Source: Ostreococcus lucimarinus
Lineage: Eukaryota
NCBI GenBank assembly: GCA_000092065.1
Contig: CP000582.1
Strand: one strand, 5' to 3'
Length of the DNA stretch: 64,000 nucleotides
Positions 31,552 through 42,826 of the stretch are shown piece by piece (the stretch's first letter is position 1; the number at the start of each line of letters is the position of its first letter). The notes beneath the pieces were generated by a model, which did not search any database, had not been told where the DNA came from, and worked only from the letters and a program-made list of their open reading frames with translations. The position numbers and the translations under genes were made by a program.

Positions 31552-32025
31552 ATGCAAACTCAGAATGAGATCGATGATCTAACGATGCAGATCAAGGTAT
31601 TCGTTTGAAAGCTCATCTATCTCCGACTGATTGCTTCCAAGGATCCAAGCAGAGTGCGTGGCTCTGGTTACATCCAGTTTCCACCACAGAGGCCTTTTGC
31701 TACTCCTGTTATAGTGCAACCGCCGACTATCTGTGTGCGTAATTTTGTCACCTATACCGTCTCATCGTATCCTAATCTAATTCCTAGCAATCCTCGCACG
31801 TTCGTTCATCGGTTCCACGGACCCAATCTTCAGTGGCTAGAGCACCTCAGGTGGTCACTCCACGGTGTGTGTCTACCGAAGTGCATGAATCTACGGGTAC
31901 GGGTGTGGAGTCGGTTATCAGTTCAGAGGTACGCGCAACACGGTTTTGTCTTATTTCGATCTGAGAAACTCCCTGACAGCCGGGCCTCGCAGCACCAATC
32001 ATCAGCAACCAGCCGGCTGACTTGA
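31552..32025 (+). CDS. Hypothetical multi-exon gene. First exon MQTQNEIDDLTMQIK, then GT..AG introns into ORF 31654..32025. No recognisable homology.
   Basis: ATG with canonical donor GTATTC after MQIK and an in-phase acceptor. Low-complexity product. Very tentative. Confidence 0.2.
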
Positions 32026-32152
32026 AGCTGTCGCGTTCGCAGTCAAAGAGATTACGCAAGAAGAAGCGAGATAATTCATAGTAATTTGTTGTTCACATGA
32101 AATAACATACAATATTCGAATCGATATACGTACAGCTATAGATACTAGTCAA

Positions 32153-32859
32153 CGCTGAGTTGGGCTATTTCGCCTTCCAATGACTTCAAAGTAGCCAACT
32201 GCCTGTTCAAAATGTTGACATATTTGCTCAAAGAGCTAGAGCCTTCTTGATCACTCTGTGTAATAGGTATGAACCATGTGCTGTTACCTGTGGGATAGTT
32301 CACGTACCGTTTTTTCATCGAACATGCTGCTCACGTCTTGAATTTTTTCACAGACGTCCTTCAGTTGAGCGCTCATGCTTTCTGCAAAACAAAATAGTCG
32401 GTCGTTGCGATCCAGTTGCACCGCACCCGGTCCGTGTCTGCATGACTTTTTAACCATCATATAATACACGTTCATCGGTACAAACCTGACTAATTCATGT
32501 GTATCTTCTTCAATTTTGGCGAGCGCCACCTCGAGGTCACTCTGATAGTTCTCAAGTGTCTCAAGCTGAAATTTTAACCGATATTGTGCAGCAGAAAGAC
32601 CGCATAGATCCGTCTGCGTATGTTCGCGTAAATTCACAATAGTTTGAACATGTTTACATACTTGGATCGAGTTAATAGACTTCCTTTGCCTTGATAGCGT
32701 CGTGTCGAGCGAGTTTAGCACTCGTGTCTGTCTGGAAAACGTTTCCTGTGTTTGAAGTGTAAGATTTTCCGAGAGGCAGGGAGTGAGTGCACTCACATTT
32801 GTGGCTGCTAAGCCAGACTGCCAGCCGCGGATTAAATCTTCGGTTCCTCGTGTCATCAA
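32153..32859 (-). CDS. Coiled-coil protein of unknown function. Two exons: 32284..32859 and about 32153..32252.
   Basis: The 191-aa ORF ends in frame with donor GTAACA. The downstream exon adds SDQEGSSSLSKYVNILNRQLATLKSLEGEIAQLSVD. The sequence is heptad-rich. No confident family. Confidence 0.35.
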
Positions 32860-33100
32860 CGTCGTACTATGCGCCGTCGACTGGTTGCTTCGACGTTCAC
32901 TTTCGCGGGTTGTGCTGTGATTTTGGTTTCTTAACTTAATAAAGAAAAAGAACTATTATTGGTTTAAGTATGACAACACACGCGTGCCCCAAAGAATCTT
33001 CAAAGATTTGGATTTGGGTTGCGGTTATCGCGATAAACGTTGGACACCGTTCGAAGCGCGTCACTGTCGCGTCGTTTTACGAGATCCAACTTAAGTGAAC

Positions 33101-33687
33101 ATGTCCGTTCACACGTCACTTAAAGTCATTGCCCTGCCGAAGGTTCACGCTCGCAGTGTTCGCAAGCAAGGTGCGAGAAGCGCATTATCTTACTTGATCG
33201 CGACTTGCATCCGTTCGCGATCGTTCTTCGTTTCTTTTCCTTCAGCGGCTTTACGCTCGACCGTTGCTCGTTACAAGGAGCGCCGAACATTTTCTATGAG
33301 TAACCTTTACCCTCGCCACAGCGTCTTACGTACCGACTGACTCGTATACTTCTCGAACACCGACAGGCAAGACCTTCGCGGTATCCGCGAAAGCGTCCTC
33401 AACCTCCGAAACCGTATTCAACTTCGAGAAGTATGTCCATTAAGTTGAGCTCTGTAGAAATCACATGACATCGTATGCGTAGGGTGGAGAAGGTTAAATC
33501 AAAGGCCAGCGCCGCTATGTCTGCCGCAGTTATCACGTCTATGACTTCTCCTTTGTTGGCTGAAGCCTCCGTGACGCCATCTTTGAAGAATACGTTGCTC
33601 TCCGTTGTCGCAGGTGGTGTCGTACTTGGGGCTATCGCCGCGGCTGTCATAGGGGTCTCTTCCTTTGACAAAGTCTCACGCAAATAA
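33101..33687 (+). CDS. psbX: Photosystem II reaction-centre protein PsbX precursor, nuclear-encoded. Three exons carry a bipartite stromal plus thylakoid transit sequence.
   Basis: Mature part [39 protein letters not shown] matches plant and green-algal PsbX (SPSLKNFLLSIV.GGVVL.AI.GAV.GVSNFDPVKR). The upstream sequence ends in the lumenal cleavage motif LLAEA|S. Exons 1-2 ([23 protein letters not shown]|[22 protein letters not shown]|[21 protein letters not shown]...) are Ser/Thr/Ala-rich. Nuclear psbX is expected only in the green lineage. The exact junction of exon 3 is ambiguous. Confidence 0.75.
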
Positions 33688-33910
33688 GCTCTGAAGAGCC
33701 AAGTCAAATGAAGAGGCGACTAGAGTTTATGAGGTATCGCTAACAAGTGTGCGATTATGGCAAGTTGAAGAAGATCGTGTATATGCGCAATAGTTAAATA
33801 CTTGACATACTCTAACCTCACTTAATTCTCACACCGAACCTCGCGCTAAGTGATCCGTGCCCGTCGATTTTTAATTAAAGACTAATCAATATGGAGTGCG
33901 TCGCGGTCAA

Positions 33911-35100
33911 CTATGTACTTATATCTGAGTACCCAAGTTCCACAGGCCCAGTTTGCTCATACAGATCGAGTATCCGATTTCCTATAAGCTCAGAGATTTC
34001 TGGGTCAACATTCACGGCTTCCCACCATTTCTTCGGCAGTTCGAACTTGGAGCTCAGAAATTTGGTAGCTGTTTGAACTCAGAGAAAGTTCTGATTTCAA
34101 GCGCACGCAACTTACCTAAGTAGACGACTGCTTCAGCTATATGGTTTGCACTATACTCAAGGCATAGTGATGTTCGTAGACTTGCGCATTCGTCAGAAAT
34201 GTTATAATGTCGCGCGCAGATTTCTCGTACCTATCGTTAGCGAAATTCCAAGAAACTTGCGCAAGCGTTTTTGTTGACTCTTCCTCTATTAAACCAGCCT
34301 GACTCATCCTTTTAATTACTGAAAGTAAATGCTTATACGGATGTTCTACATTGAAATCAAAGCCAAGGCGATGCAGAAGTACACGTTCAGCTCTGAGAAT
34401 TGTCTCCTTCAGCTCAACATGAAGTTCCTGTCGCCGTTTAAGGGTGATTGTTACGAGCAAAATGAACATAATACCTGCTGCGAACTTTCTAGACGCGTGG
34501 GGTCGCTTGCTTTACGCTGTAATAAGTGGGACGTACGAGCAAGGTCATTGAGAGGTTTCGGGGTTTCTTCCACCTTTCCGGCAAGAAAAAGACACGCAGT
34601 GGCCATGACCTGCAAAGCTATCAACTCGAGCATGTTTCGGTTTTTTGGTTCCTTACCGCCGTCTCAAACTGTTGTGCATTTTGACTATCGAGCTCAAAAA
34701 AACGATGACAGAACACTGCCGCGGTCGCAATAGTGAGCTGGGGCCTGTCGCAGTCTGTTCTTTAGGAAAACTCGAACTGTACTACTTCATATGCTTACAC
34801 TTTTAGCTTCATGCCCGCTTCTTTGAGAAAATCGCAGTAACGCCATCTTCGCTCAGTGCTGGCATCCTTAGCTGTGCGAATTGAGCTTGACATGGTCAGT
34901 AATGTGGGTGTTGAGCACGCGGCGGGAGCGCAGGGACTCACGTTTGTTTGTGACTGGTGGCGGTGCCGTACTTTCTTCGACTAACTCAATATACAACCAA
35001 CAAATAGAGCTATTAGCGTGCACGATTCGGGCAGCATTGCTCATGGTAATAATGTCTGCACGTGCAAGTTGCGCATCTGGCACGTACAGAAAGCCCGTGT
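33911..35100 (-). CDS. Cyclin C-like cyclin, multi-exon. Exon boundaries are not fully resolved.
   Basis: Cyclin box VMATACLFLAGKVEETPKPLNDL; ILRAERVLLHRLGFDFNVEHPYKHL matches cyclin C HILECEFYLLELMDCCLIVYHPYRPL; C-terminal exon DPEISELIGNRILDLYEQ matches cyclin C EKILEIIRVILKLYEQW. The N-terminal helix QLARADIITMSNAARIV lies near 35050. Confidence 0.65.
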
Positions 35101-35701
35101 CCGTCTGGAGCCCAGAACCGCCAGAGCAAGGTAGACGTAGGCTCGGACCGCCGACACGCCGGTCGATCGTTCCATGGACGATCTCATTGTCGTTCGTTGC
35201 AATAGAGACGTGAGCAAGTCATCACTTATCTCGCATGTCACACGGACGAGTTCTGCGTATTTTGAGACAGACGGCGTCGAGCGCGGGGAAAGGTCTCTCG
35301 GGGACCCTGGAGCTCTCGCTGATTCTGAGGTCTGGGTGCTCACGGACAACGGCCAGATGTTGAAAGTTGCGGACGTTAATCAAGTCCTACCGGTCAAACT
35401 CATTGAAACGGCGAGTGGGTACGTCGTGTATTCGCTTTTACTGTATGGTCTTGCCTACTCACGACCCCAGGGAACGTACCAGGACTGAGTGCGAGCTAAG
35501 TGAAGAGAACGTGGCGCCGGTGGAGGTAAGCTGATTTAAAACACGAATGTCCCTCAAATCATTGGAAATATAGATGGACGTGCTGCGCTTAGCTACTTGC
35601 AGCGCGACAAGTGCCACCGTCCAAACGGAATACGTGGCAGAGCTGCTGTGAGACTGGCCAAGATTTGCCTATCCCTGTTAGCATTGGAGTACCAAGCTAG
35701 T

Positions 35702-35760
35702 AGCGTATGTATGTATGTATGTATGTATGTATGTATGCATGTATGTAGGCGTGTATGCAT
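35702..35760. repeat. (TGTA)n/(TGCA) microsatellite.
   Basis: gtatgtatgtatgtatgtatgtatgtatgtatgcatgtatgtaggcgtgtatgcatgtgtg. Confidence 0.9.
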
Positions 35761-36756
35761 GTGTGTTATCGGTGTGAATCTATGTACGCGCATCGTTTAA
35801 TAGACCGTTGCACGTCGTATTTGTAATTTGTAACTAAGGTATCCACGTGTACTAGTAGTTCTAGACACCTCAAAGAGCTAATGCAGCTCTCTGGCTGTTT
35901 TAGTTGGTGCTATCAAAAATTGCGCATAGTAAGCGCGAACATTCGCCTTGTGTTTGAAGCCGCTGTTGTGTTGCTTTCGGACCGTTGCCGAGTCGTGTGT
36001 CAGGTGGGCGTTGCAGTAGTCTGAAGCGGAATATTGTTGAGGTATGTTGTACTTTTACCAACAGCGAGAAATGTGCGTACCGCAGTAATACCGTGCCATG
36101 CTGCGCCGTGTGTTCGCTCTAGTAACGAGCCTCCTGTTTCCACTTCGGAATGTGGAGTTATCCGAGCTCTTCTAGTCTTAACTCGCGTTACTCCTGCACT
36201 CCAGAACTGCAGAAGCAATGTGCCGCGCGCTCGCCCTCGCACGAGTCTCGGAATGAAGTTCTGACTCAGAACTTCTGAGTTAGCCGATTTCCGCTATCGG
36301 ATTCCTGGGTCATTACGGCCCGTAATTACGGGGAAGAATCGTATAATGTTTGTTTTATCCCATATTTGATTGAGCAAGCCAGCCTTAGCTCAGTACTTAG
36401 AACGTGCACAGTAAGTTCCAGTCCAGCTTCTAGAAGTTTGAGCTTGATCTTACAGAGCTTGATTAGCAACACACTCCGTAGAATGTCGGTGAAATAACAG
36501 CGCTATAGTATAGTAGTGATAATATGAACATGATAATATTATCATTGTTGATATTAATATCAACAATGAGTTGCGCCACGATTAAGCGTCTTGAATAAAA
36601 CGTACTCGGGACTTCTTCTCAGCTTGCATAAGGCCTTTCTCTTGGCGATACGATGAACATAATGTATAAGTTATTTCTTTATTTCGTTGTACAGAGTGAT
36701 ATACGCTACAGATGCGACACTATGGTCATATACTGAATACGAGCGATTATTTCAGG

Positions 36757-38307
36757 CTATTCCCGCTGAAGATAGCTCTTCGCGTTGATGAGCGGGGCAA
36801 GCAGACAAATTCCGACAAACGTGGCGGTGAGAAGCGCAGCGAAAAATGCGTCCCATCCGTACTGTTGCACAAGAAGAGAAAGTGGAACGCCCGCGTTGGC
36901 TGCTCCTAGATATGCAATCCACCCAAGGAATCCCTCACTCGCACCAACGGAGCGACGACCAACAATTTCGGCCCCACACAGTCCTACTAGCATTTGCGGA
37001 CCGTACAGGAAGAACCCAATCATAAAAACTATGAGAGCTTGAGTGACGGGCCAACCAGCAGGAACCATCTTGAATGCAAGTAAAGAAGCCGCAACGCCAA
37101 TAAGATATACCATCACGACTCGAATACGATTACCGACGGCTCCTCTCGTTGATTTCGCAATCAAAGAGTCACTGATCCTTCCAGCTATCAGACTACCAAG
37201 CAAACCACCAAGTTCGAGGCCAGATACTCGGACGGCCGCCGCGCCTGCGTCGATCACACCCTTTTCTTTGATAAGATAAAATACTGACCAAGAAGTGATG
37301 CCCTGACGAACGACATAGACACAAAAGTATGTGAAAGCAAGCCCCCAGATGAAAGGGTTGGAGAGAACATTATGAAGAAGATTGTTCAAAAGGCTCGGTT
37401 GTTTCGAAATGTCGGCAGCATCAGCCTTAAGTCCGCCGGCAATGCTGACGTCTATCTCGACTGGTTCGAAACCTTTATCTTCTGGAGAATCTTTCAGCGT
37501 CGAGACGATGATCACACCAACAACGACAGCTATGCAGCCAGGAGCCCACAGACCCCAGTTCCAACCAAACGTACGAGCAGCAGTTCCAGCTAAGATGGGC
37601 GCCATAAAACCTCCAAGATTATGGGCAATGTTCCACATTCCCCAGTATGTTCCACGCTCGCTAGCAGCGAACCAAGAAGTCAAAATTTTCGCACAGCTTG
37701 GCGCACCGAACCCCTGCAAGATTCCATTCATCGCCCAGAGGACACAAAAGAAAGGAAGTGTCGAGCTCGCACCAAACGCAATATTTACAAGGCCAGTCGC
37801 AATCAAACCTCCGCCAAGCATTAGACTTGGCGATAACATATCACCCACCACACCGCTGACGAACTTACTGCAGCCATAACAAAGTGGAAAGATAGAGGTG
37901 ATAACACCAATAGAAGTTATATCAAGATGTAAAGACGGAGAAGCCACCATAGCTGGAGCAGTGAACGTCAAACTGTTGCGGGTCAAGTAGTAGCACGAGT
38001 AACCGAACAAAATGCTGAAAAACACGGAAAGGCGTGTTCTTAGAAACAGACTGTCGTATGTCCTCTTTGGCTCGGAAGTAGTTGCTGAGAAACCACAAAC
38101 TGTCGACGGACGGTGCAACTTGCTTCGACAATTGCGTATATGCCGCTTCTGGGGCGTAAAGTCACGTCGCACTGCGCATTTAATCCAAGTTACACGCTTC
38201 GGACCTCTCCGAGTTGTTCGAGATCCCACGGGGCTCCCCGGCTGGGCGTTGAGTGTTGTGACGTGTGCCGAGACGAACATTTCTGCTACGAAAGCAAAGC
38301 AAACCAA
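36757..38307 (-). CDS. Major facilitator superfamily organophosphate:phosphate antiporter (glycerol-3-phosphate or hexose-phosphate transporter, GlpT/UhpC family).
   Basis: Twelve predicted TM segments. Family blocks FFSILFGYSCYYLTRNSLT, GCSKFVSGVVGDM, WFAASERGTYWGMWNIAHNLGG and GPQMLVGLCGAEIV align with GlpT (FLGIFFGYAAYYLVRKNF...[22 protein letters not shown]...GPVMLIGL). The N-terminal extension may be a targeting sequence or spurious. Confidence 0.8.
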   Translation of the reverse strand: MVCFAFVAEMFVSAHVTTLNAQPGSPVGSRTTRRGPKRVTWIKCAVRRDFTPQKRHIRNCRSKLHRPSTVCGFSATTSEPKRTYDSLFLRTRLSVFFSILFGYSCYYLTRNSLTFTAPAMVASPSLHLDITSIGVITSIFPLCYGCSKFVSGVVGDMLSPSLMLGGGLIATGLVNIAFGASSTLPFFCVLWAMNGILQGFGAPSCAKILTSWFAASERGTYWGMWNIAHNLGGFMAPILAGTAARTFGWNWGLWAPGCIAVVVGVIIVSTLKDSPEDKGFEPVEIDVSIAGGLKADAADISKQPSLLNNLLHNVLSNPFIWGLAFTYFCVYVVRQGITSWSVFYLIKEKGVIDAGAAAVRVSGLELGGLLGSLIAGRISDSLIAKSTRGAVGNRIRVVMVYLIGVAASLLAFKMVPAGWPVTQALIVFMIGFFLYGPQMLVGLCGAEIVGRRSVGASEGFLGWIAYLGAANAGVPLSLLVQQYGWDAFFAALLTATFVGICLLAPLINAKSYLQRE

Positions 38308-38579
38308 AAGAACACGGATTCAACTTCGAATCGCCTTGCTCTATGTCGCGCGACTCTCTGAAAACGGCCGTTACGTCTTCTTCTTCAACCACGCACGGGA
38401 CGTTCGGTACACGTGCAAAATCATATCAATGATGGCATATTGTAAGACAATTCTCGCGAAATAGTCCACGTCGAGTGGGTTTTCTGCCCGGCGAAAAACC
38501 GAAAAGTTGTGCGTCGGTGCGCACGTACCTCAGACGTCGCCTCAAGTACGCGGAACAGGCAACGCCCACAGAGCCTGTC

Positions 38580-39401
38580 ATGAAAGCTACTGGTTTTGAT
38601 TTTCACCGCGTGCACGCCCCCGCGCAAGATTTTCGCGCGAAAAAGACCGGTACAACGATATGTGGAGTAGTCTTCGCGGGGGGTGTTGTTCTCGGTGCAG
38701 ATACTCGGTCTACGAACGGGGAAACAGTAGCCGACAAAAACTGCGAAAAAATACATCACATAGCACCAAACATATATTGCTGCGGAGCTGGAACAGCTGC
38801 CGACACGGAGTCTCTGACTGGTAAGAGTTGCAACGTTGTCGGATTGTTCGAGATTTTGTTCCAATATTTATTCTAATAACACCACATAGGCCTGATTTCT
38901 TCCAATCTTCACCTTCACAGGGCACAAACAAATCGACAGAATTTGGTGAAGACTGCGCTCACTATGCTTAAAAGCTATCTTTTCCGTTATCAAGGTCATG
39001 TTGGCGCCGCACTAGTTTTAGGCGGCGTCGACAAGGAAGGCGCACATCTTTACACTGTCTACCCCCACGGATCCTCTGATGCTTTACCGTTCGCAGCGAT
39101 GGGTAGCGGATCTTTAGCGGCCATTGCAACGCTCGAGACGGGCTATAGTGAGGTTTTGAAGTTGGATGATGCAAAGGAGTTAGTGACACGAGCTATTCTA
39201 GCAGGTGTACTAAATGATCTCGGTTCCGGCTCTTCCGTCGACTTGTGTATAATTTCAAGGAGTGGGACAGAATATGTTAGGAATTATCGGTCTGATATGC
39301 ATCGAACTTTCAAATTGACACCTGGTTACGAATTCGGAGACGAATGCAACGAAGTGAACAGCGCCAACTTTGATACTGCCACTCGTATATTACGCAACTA
39401 A
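38580..39401 (+). CDS. PSMB7: Proteasome subunit beta type-7 (beta2, trypsin-like). Two exons: 38580..38820 and 38890..39401.
   Basis: Propeptide then [57 protein letters not shown]|[61 protein letters not shown]...MGSGSLAA. Collinear with PSMB7. Intron GTAAGA..ACATAG, phase 1. Confidence 0.85.
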
Positions 39402-39510
39402 AGAACCCAGTTGAGTGAGATATGTCACGTTTATGTCGCTAAATATTTCCTTTAAGCTTGTAAAAAGTTTTCGTCTTGTTGACTTGAATGTTCGACTTGA
39501 AAAGCCCATC

Positions 39511-41469
39511 CTATTGACTTCGCTCTTTCACAAGGGCATCCACAACGCTAGGATCAGCTAGAGTGGATATGTCACCCAACGAGTCTTCTTCTCGAGACGC
39601 TATTTTCCTCAAGATGCGTCTCATAATTTTACCACTACGCGTTTTTGGTAATCCTGGCGCCCATTGAATAGTATCAGGTGCTGCGAACGGACCGATAACA
39701 GTCCTCACACAGTTCACCAGAGCTTTCTTCGTTGCCTCCGTGAGAACACAACCTTCGCGCAACGTTACAAAAGCGTATATCGACTGACCCTTGATAGCGT
39801 GATCAATTCCCACTACAGCGGCTTCAGTACACTCCTGATGGGTGACTAATGCCGACTCGACCTCCGCAGTGCCGATACGATGACCAGACACGTTGATGAC
39901 ATCGTCAACACGTCCGGTAATCCAATAATACCCATCCGAGTCACGCTTGGCCCCATCGCCTGAAAAGTAGTACCCTTTAAACATGGAGAAGTACGCTTCT
40001 TCGTACCTTTTATGATCCGAAAAAAGTGTTCGAAACATGGATGGCCACGGTTTCTTGAAACACAAATACCCTTCGGCCTCTCCTGTCAATTCTTCTCCGG
40101 CATCGTTCAGTAATACTGGTTGAACACCAAAGAACGGGAGAGTCGCCGAACCTGGCTTCTGCTCTATCGCAAAAGGCAGTGGAGTGATCATATGCCCACC
40201 GGTTTCCGTTTGCCACCAGGTGTCTACGATCGGACAGCGTCCACCTCCGACGATCTCGGAGTACCACTGCCATGCTTCGGGGTTAATCGGTTCTCCGACT
40301 GTACCCAATATTTTCAGCGACAGCCTTTGGTGTTTGAGAACAAAGTCGTTACCGTATCGCTGCAACGCTCTTATCGCAGTTGGCGCTGTGTAGAATGCTT
40401 TCACATTATATTTGTCCACGATTTGCCAACACCGACCAGCATCTGGATGTGTCGGTACTCCCTCAAAGACAACTGAAGCGGCACCGTTTAGAAGTGGTCC
40501 ATATGTCACGTACGTATGACCTGTTATCCAGCCACAATCTGCAGTGCACCAAAATATATCACCTTGTTGCATGTTGAAAACAGAGGCGCATGTAGCTCCA
40601 GCATAAACCATGTACCCTCCGGTAGTATGGAGGACGCCCTTCGGGGAGCCTGTAGAACCAGACGTGTACAACATGAAGAGTGGATGCTCCGCATCAACCC
40701 ATTCTGTTGTGCACTCCATGGATTGTGCATGTACTGCTTGCTGCCAATGTTCATCACGACTAGTTGTGAGAAAGCCCTCCACGTCAAGCCTCTCGTTCAT
40801 GAAACATAAGCAGTGTTCAATTTTATGACCCTTTTCGGCACTGGAATCACATGCTTCGTCGACGACAGCTTTTAAATTTATGTGTTTCGAACCTCTCATC
40901 ACAGCTGAACATGTTAACACCACTTTCGCCGCCGATCCCAGAAGACGCTGCGCTAACGCCTCAGAAGAAAATCCTGCAAACACAACAGAGTGGACAGCCC
41001 CGATGCGGGCACAAGCAAGCATCGCAATAGGAAGTTCCATAATCATAGGTAAGTACAGTACAACAGCATCACCCTTAGCAACTCCGACCGATTTCAGCCA
41101 GTTTGCCAGCCGATTGACATCTGCTTGGAGCTCACTGTACGTTTTTGTCCCTTCTTCACCGACGTCATTACCTTCCCAGATTAACGCGACCTGCTCTCCA
41201 CAGCCCCTTTCAATATTTCGTTCGATGCAATTCCACGCAATGTTGGTCTTCCCGCCGGCAAACCATGAGACGTCAACTTTTCCGACGTCGGTATTGAAGT
41301 TGAAGGCGCTCACACTATCAGACCAGTCAGCACTCCAGACGAAGTCCTTGGCCAGTTTGGACCAAAATTTCTCTGGCTCAGTAACGGATTCGCGATAGAG
41401 CTCGTCGTACTGGCCACGACTCGAACAGTTTCGAAGTGTATCCATCACGTTCACGGTCGAAAGATTCAC
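39511..41469 (-). CDS. ACS: Acetyl-CoA synthetase (acetate--CoA ligase, AMP-forming), single exon.
   Basis: AMP-binding signature YTSGSTGSPKGV; TGDGAKRDSDGYYWITGRVDDVINVSGHRIGTAEVESAL; C-terminal SGKIMRRILRKIA. Full-length collinearity with ACS. Confidence 0.9.
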   Translation of the reverse strand: MNLSTVNVMDTLRNCSSRGQYDELYRESVTEPEKFWSKLAKDFVWSADWSDSVSAFNFNTDVGKVDVSWFAGGKTNIAWNCIERNIERGCGEQVALIWEGNDVGEEGTKTYSELQADVNRLANWLKSVGVAKGDAVVLYLPMIMELPIAMLACARIGAVHSVVFAGFSSEALAQRLLGSAAKVVLTCSAVMRGSKHINLKAVVDEACDSSAEKGHKIEHCLCFMNERLDVEGFLTTSRDEHWQQAVHAQSMECTTEWVDAEHPLFMLYTSGSTGSPKGVLHTTGGYMVYAGATCASVFNMQQGDIFWCTADCGWITGHTYVTYGPLLNGAASVVFEGVPTHPDAGRCWQIVDKYNVKAFYTAPTAIRALQRYGNDFVLKHQRLSLKILGTVGEPINPEAWQWYSEIVGGGRCPIVDTWWQTETGGHMITPLPFAIEQKPGSATLPFFGVQPVLLNDAGEELTGEAEGYLCFKKPWPSMFRTLFSDHKRYEEAYFSMFKGYYFSGDGAKRDSDGYYWITGRVDDVINVSGHRIGTAEVESALVTHQECTEAAVVGIDHAIKGQSIYAFVTLREGCVLTEATKKALVNCVRTVIGPFAAPDTIQWAPGLPKTRSGKIMRRILRKIASREEDSLGDISTLADPSVVDALVKERSQ

Positions 41470-41811
41470 CTACCCTTGGTTTTCGCTCTTCGTAGTGCGA
41501 CGCAATGTGGGAAAGGCAGAGGTCACGGTGCCACATTGCAAATCACATGTCTGATATAGTGATATCCTTTAAATAGTTCAAATTTCCATTTGTATATTAC
41601 TATGAAAAGAGATTTGGAAGAAAAATGGACAAAAAAAGCCACGAACTTTTCGCTTTCCCCTCAACCCCTTAACCGTAGCGAGGTTAGTGGGGTAGCGCCG
41701 CCGCACTCAGGTTCTACAAACGTGCGAAACATCCATCACTGCACGGAGCGTGTCATCATCATTCTCAGTTTATCGATATCACGACCGTATAGACTCTAAA
41801 CGTAGCTCCGC

Positions 41812-42658
41812 ATGCGTCCGCCCAATCGAGGTGGCCGTGTTCTCGACGTGCGCTCAGGCAACTCTGGTAGGACTGGTTCAAGATTTTCTAGTGCCGGCCG
41901 TGGGCGTGGGCGTGGGCGTGGCGGCCAGTTCCGTGACGAAGGCCCCCCTGCCGCAATCGAAGGTACGCTTTCTTGACGTGTCTTTTCTCGAGACTCAACG
42001 CCACTTACAGAAATTGGCACTTTTTTACACGCGTGTGAGGGCGAAATCGTATGCAAATCTACGAATAAGAAGGTAATAGCGCGCGTTTGAGAATCTACCT
42101 GTCCCGAACGTAATTACAGATACCATATTTCAACGGCGCCATCTACCTTCAAAACAAGACCCAAGTATGTCGAAATGTTTCGATATGGAGAGAACTCACT
42201 TTCTCTTTAGGTTGGCAAAATTGAAGAAATATTTGGCCCGGTGAATGAAACGGTATAGTGCTCACCTCGCATTCATGACGCCAAACTAAACATCAAACGA
42301 ATGAAGTTGTTTACAGTGAAGCTCCTCGAGAGTATCAATGCAAGCTCATACGAAAAAGGTTTACTATCCTTTTCCTTGTTCTTGTTGCACGTTTCTTACC
42401 TGTCACTCAGGTGCAATTTTCTACATAAGCCCCGACAAGCTGTTACCGGTTGAACGCTTCACGAATACAACAAGGTGACCATGAATGATTCTTCAATTGT
42501 ATACGCACTAATTTATTTGCAGTGCTGGTAAAGTTCGCGGTAGAGGTCAAGGGGGTAGATCCACGGGAGGAAGAGGTGGTCGGGGAGGTCGAGGTGGGCG
42601 GGGCGCCCAGTTTAGCGCCCGTGGCCGAAGCGGTCGAGGAGGTCGAGGTCGTTTTTAA
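41812..42658 (+). CDS. GAR1: H/ACA snoRNP protein GAR1, about seven short exons, with N- and C-terminal GAR (Gly/Arg) domains.
   Basis: Exons give MRPPNRGGRVLDVRSGNSGRTGSRFSSAGRGRGRGRGGQFRDEGPPAAIE | EIGTFLHACEGEIVCKSTNKK | IPYFNGAIYLQNKTQ | VGKIEEIFGP... | ...AIFYISPDKLLPVERF... | SAGKVRGRGQGGRSTGGRGGRGGRGGRG...GRGGRGRF. Core matches GAR1 (GEFLH.CE..IVCK..., VPYFNAPIYLENK.QIGKVDEIFG, FYIDP.KLLP..RF). Middle exon boundaries are approximate. Confidence 0.75.
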
Positions 42659-42826
42659 ACAGAGTGCAACTCCGTGTTTCTTGTGTCATGGCTCAAAGTC
42701 CATTGCCTACATCGTCAATGCTGGAAGTTTGACGCATTGTGAAGCTCAGTATTTTTTGTTCTCTACCACAAGCTCACTGGTGCATCAACTACAGTTTGTT
42801 CGCGAGACGACAAGTCTTCGCGATAC

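Noticed and set aside
36785-37879. Several plus-strand ORFs of 65-165 aa inside the organophosphate transporter locus.
   Set aside because: They are antisense to a 12-TM MFS transporter with clear GlpT-family motifs.
41750-42076. 108-aa ORF in the GAR1 region.
   Set aside because: It is an alternative frame of GAR1 exon 1. The GAR frame (GRGRGRG...DEGPPAAIE) is the one that splices in phase to the conserved GAR1 core.
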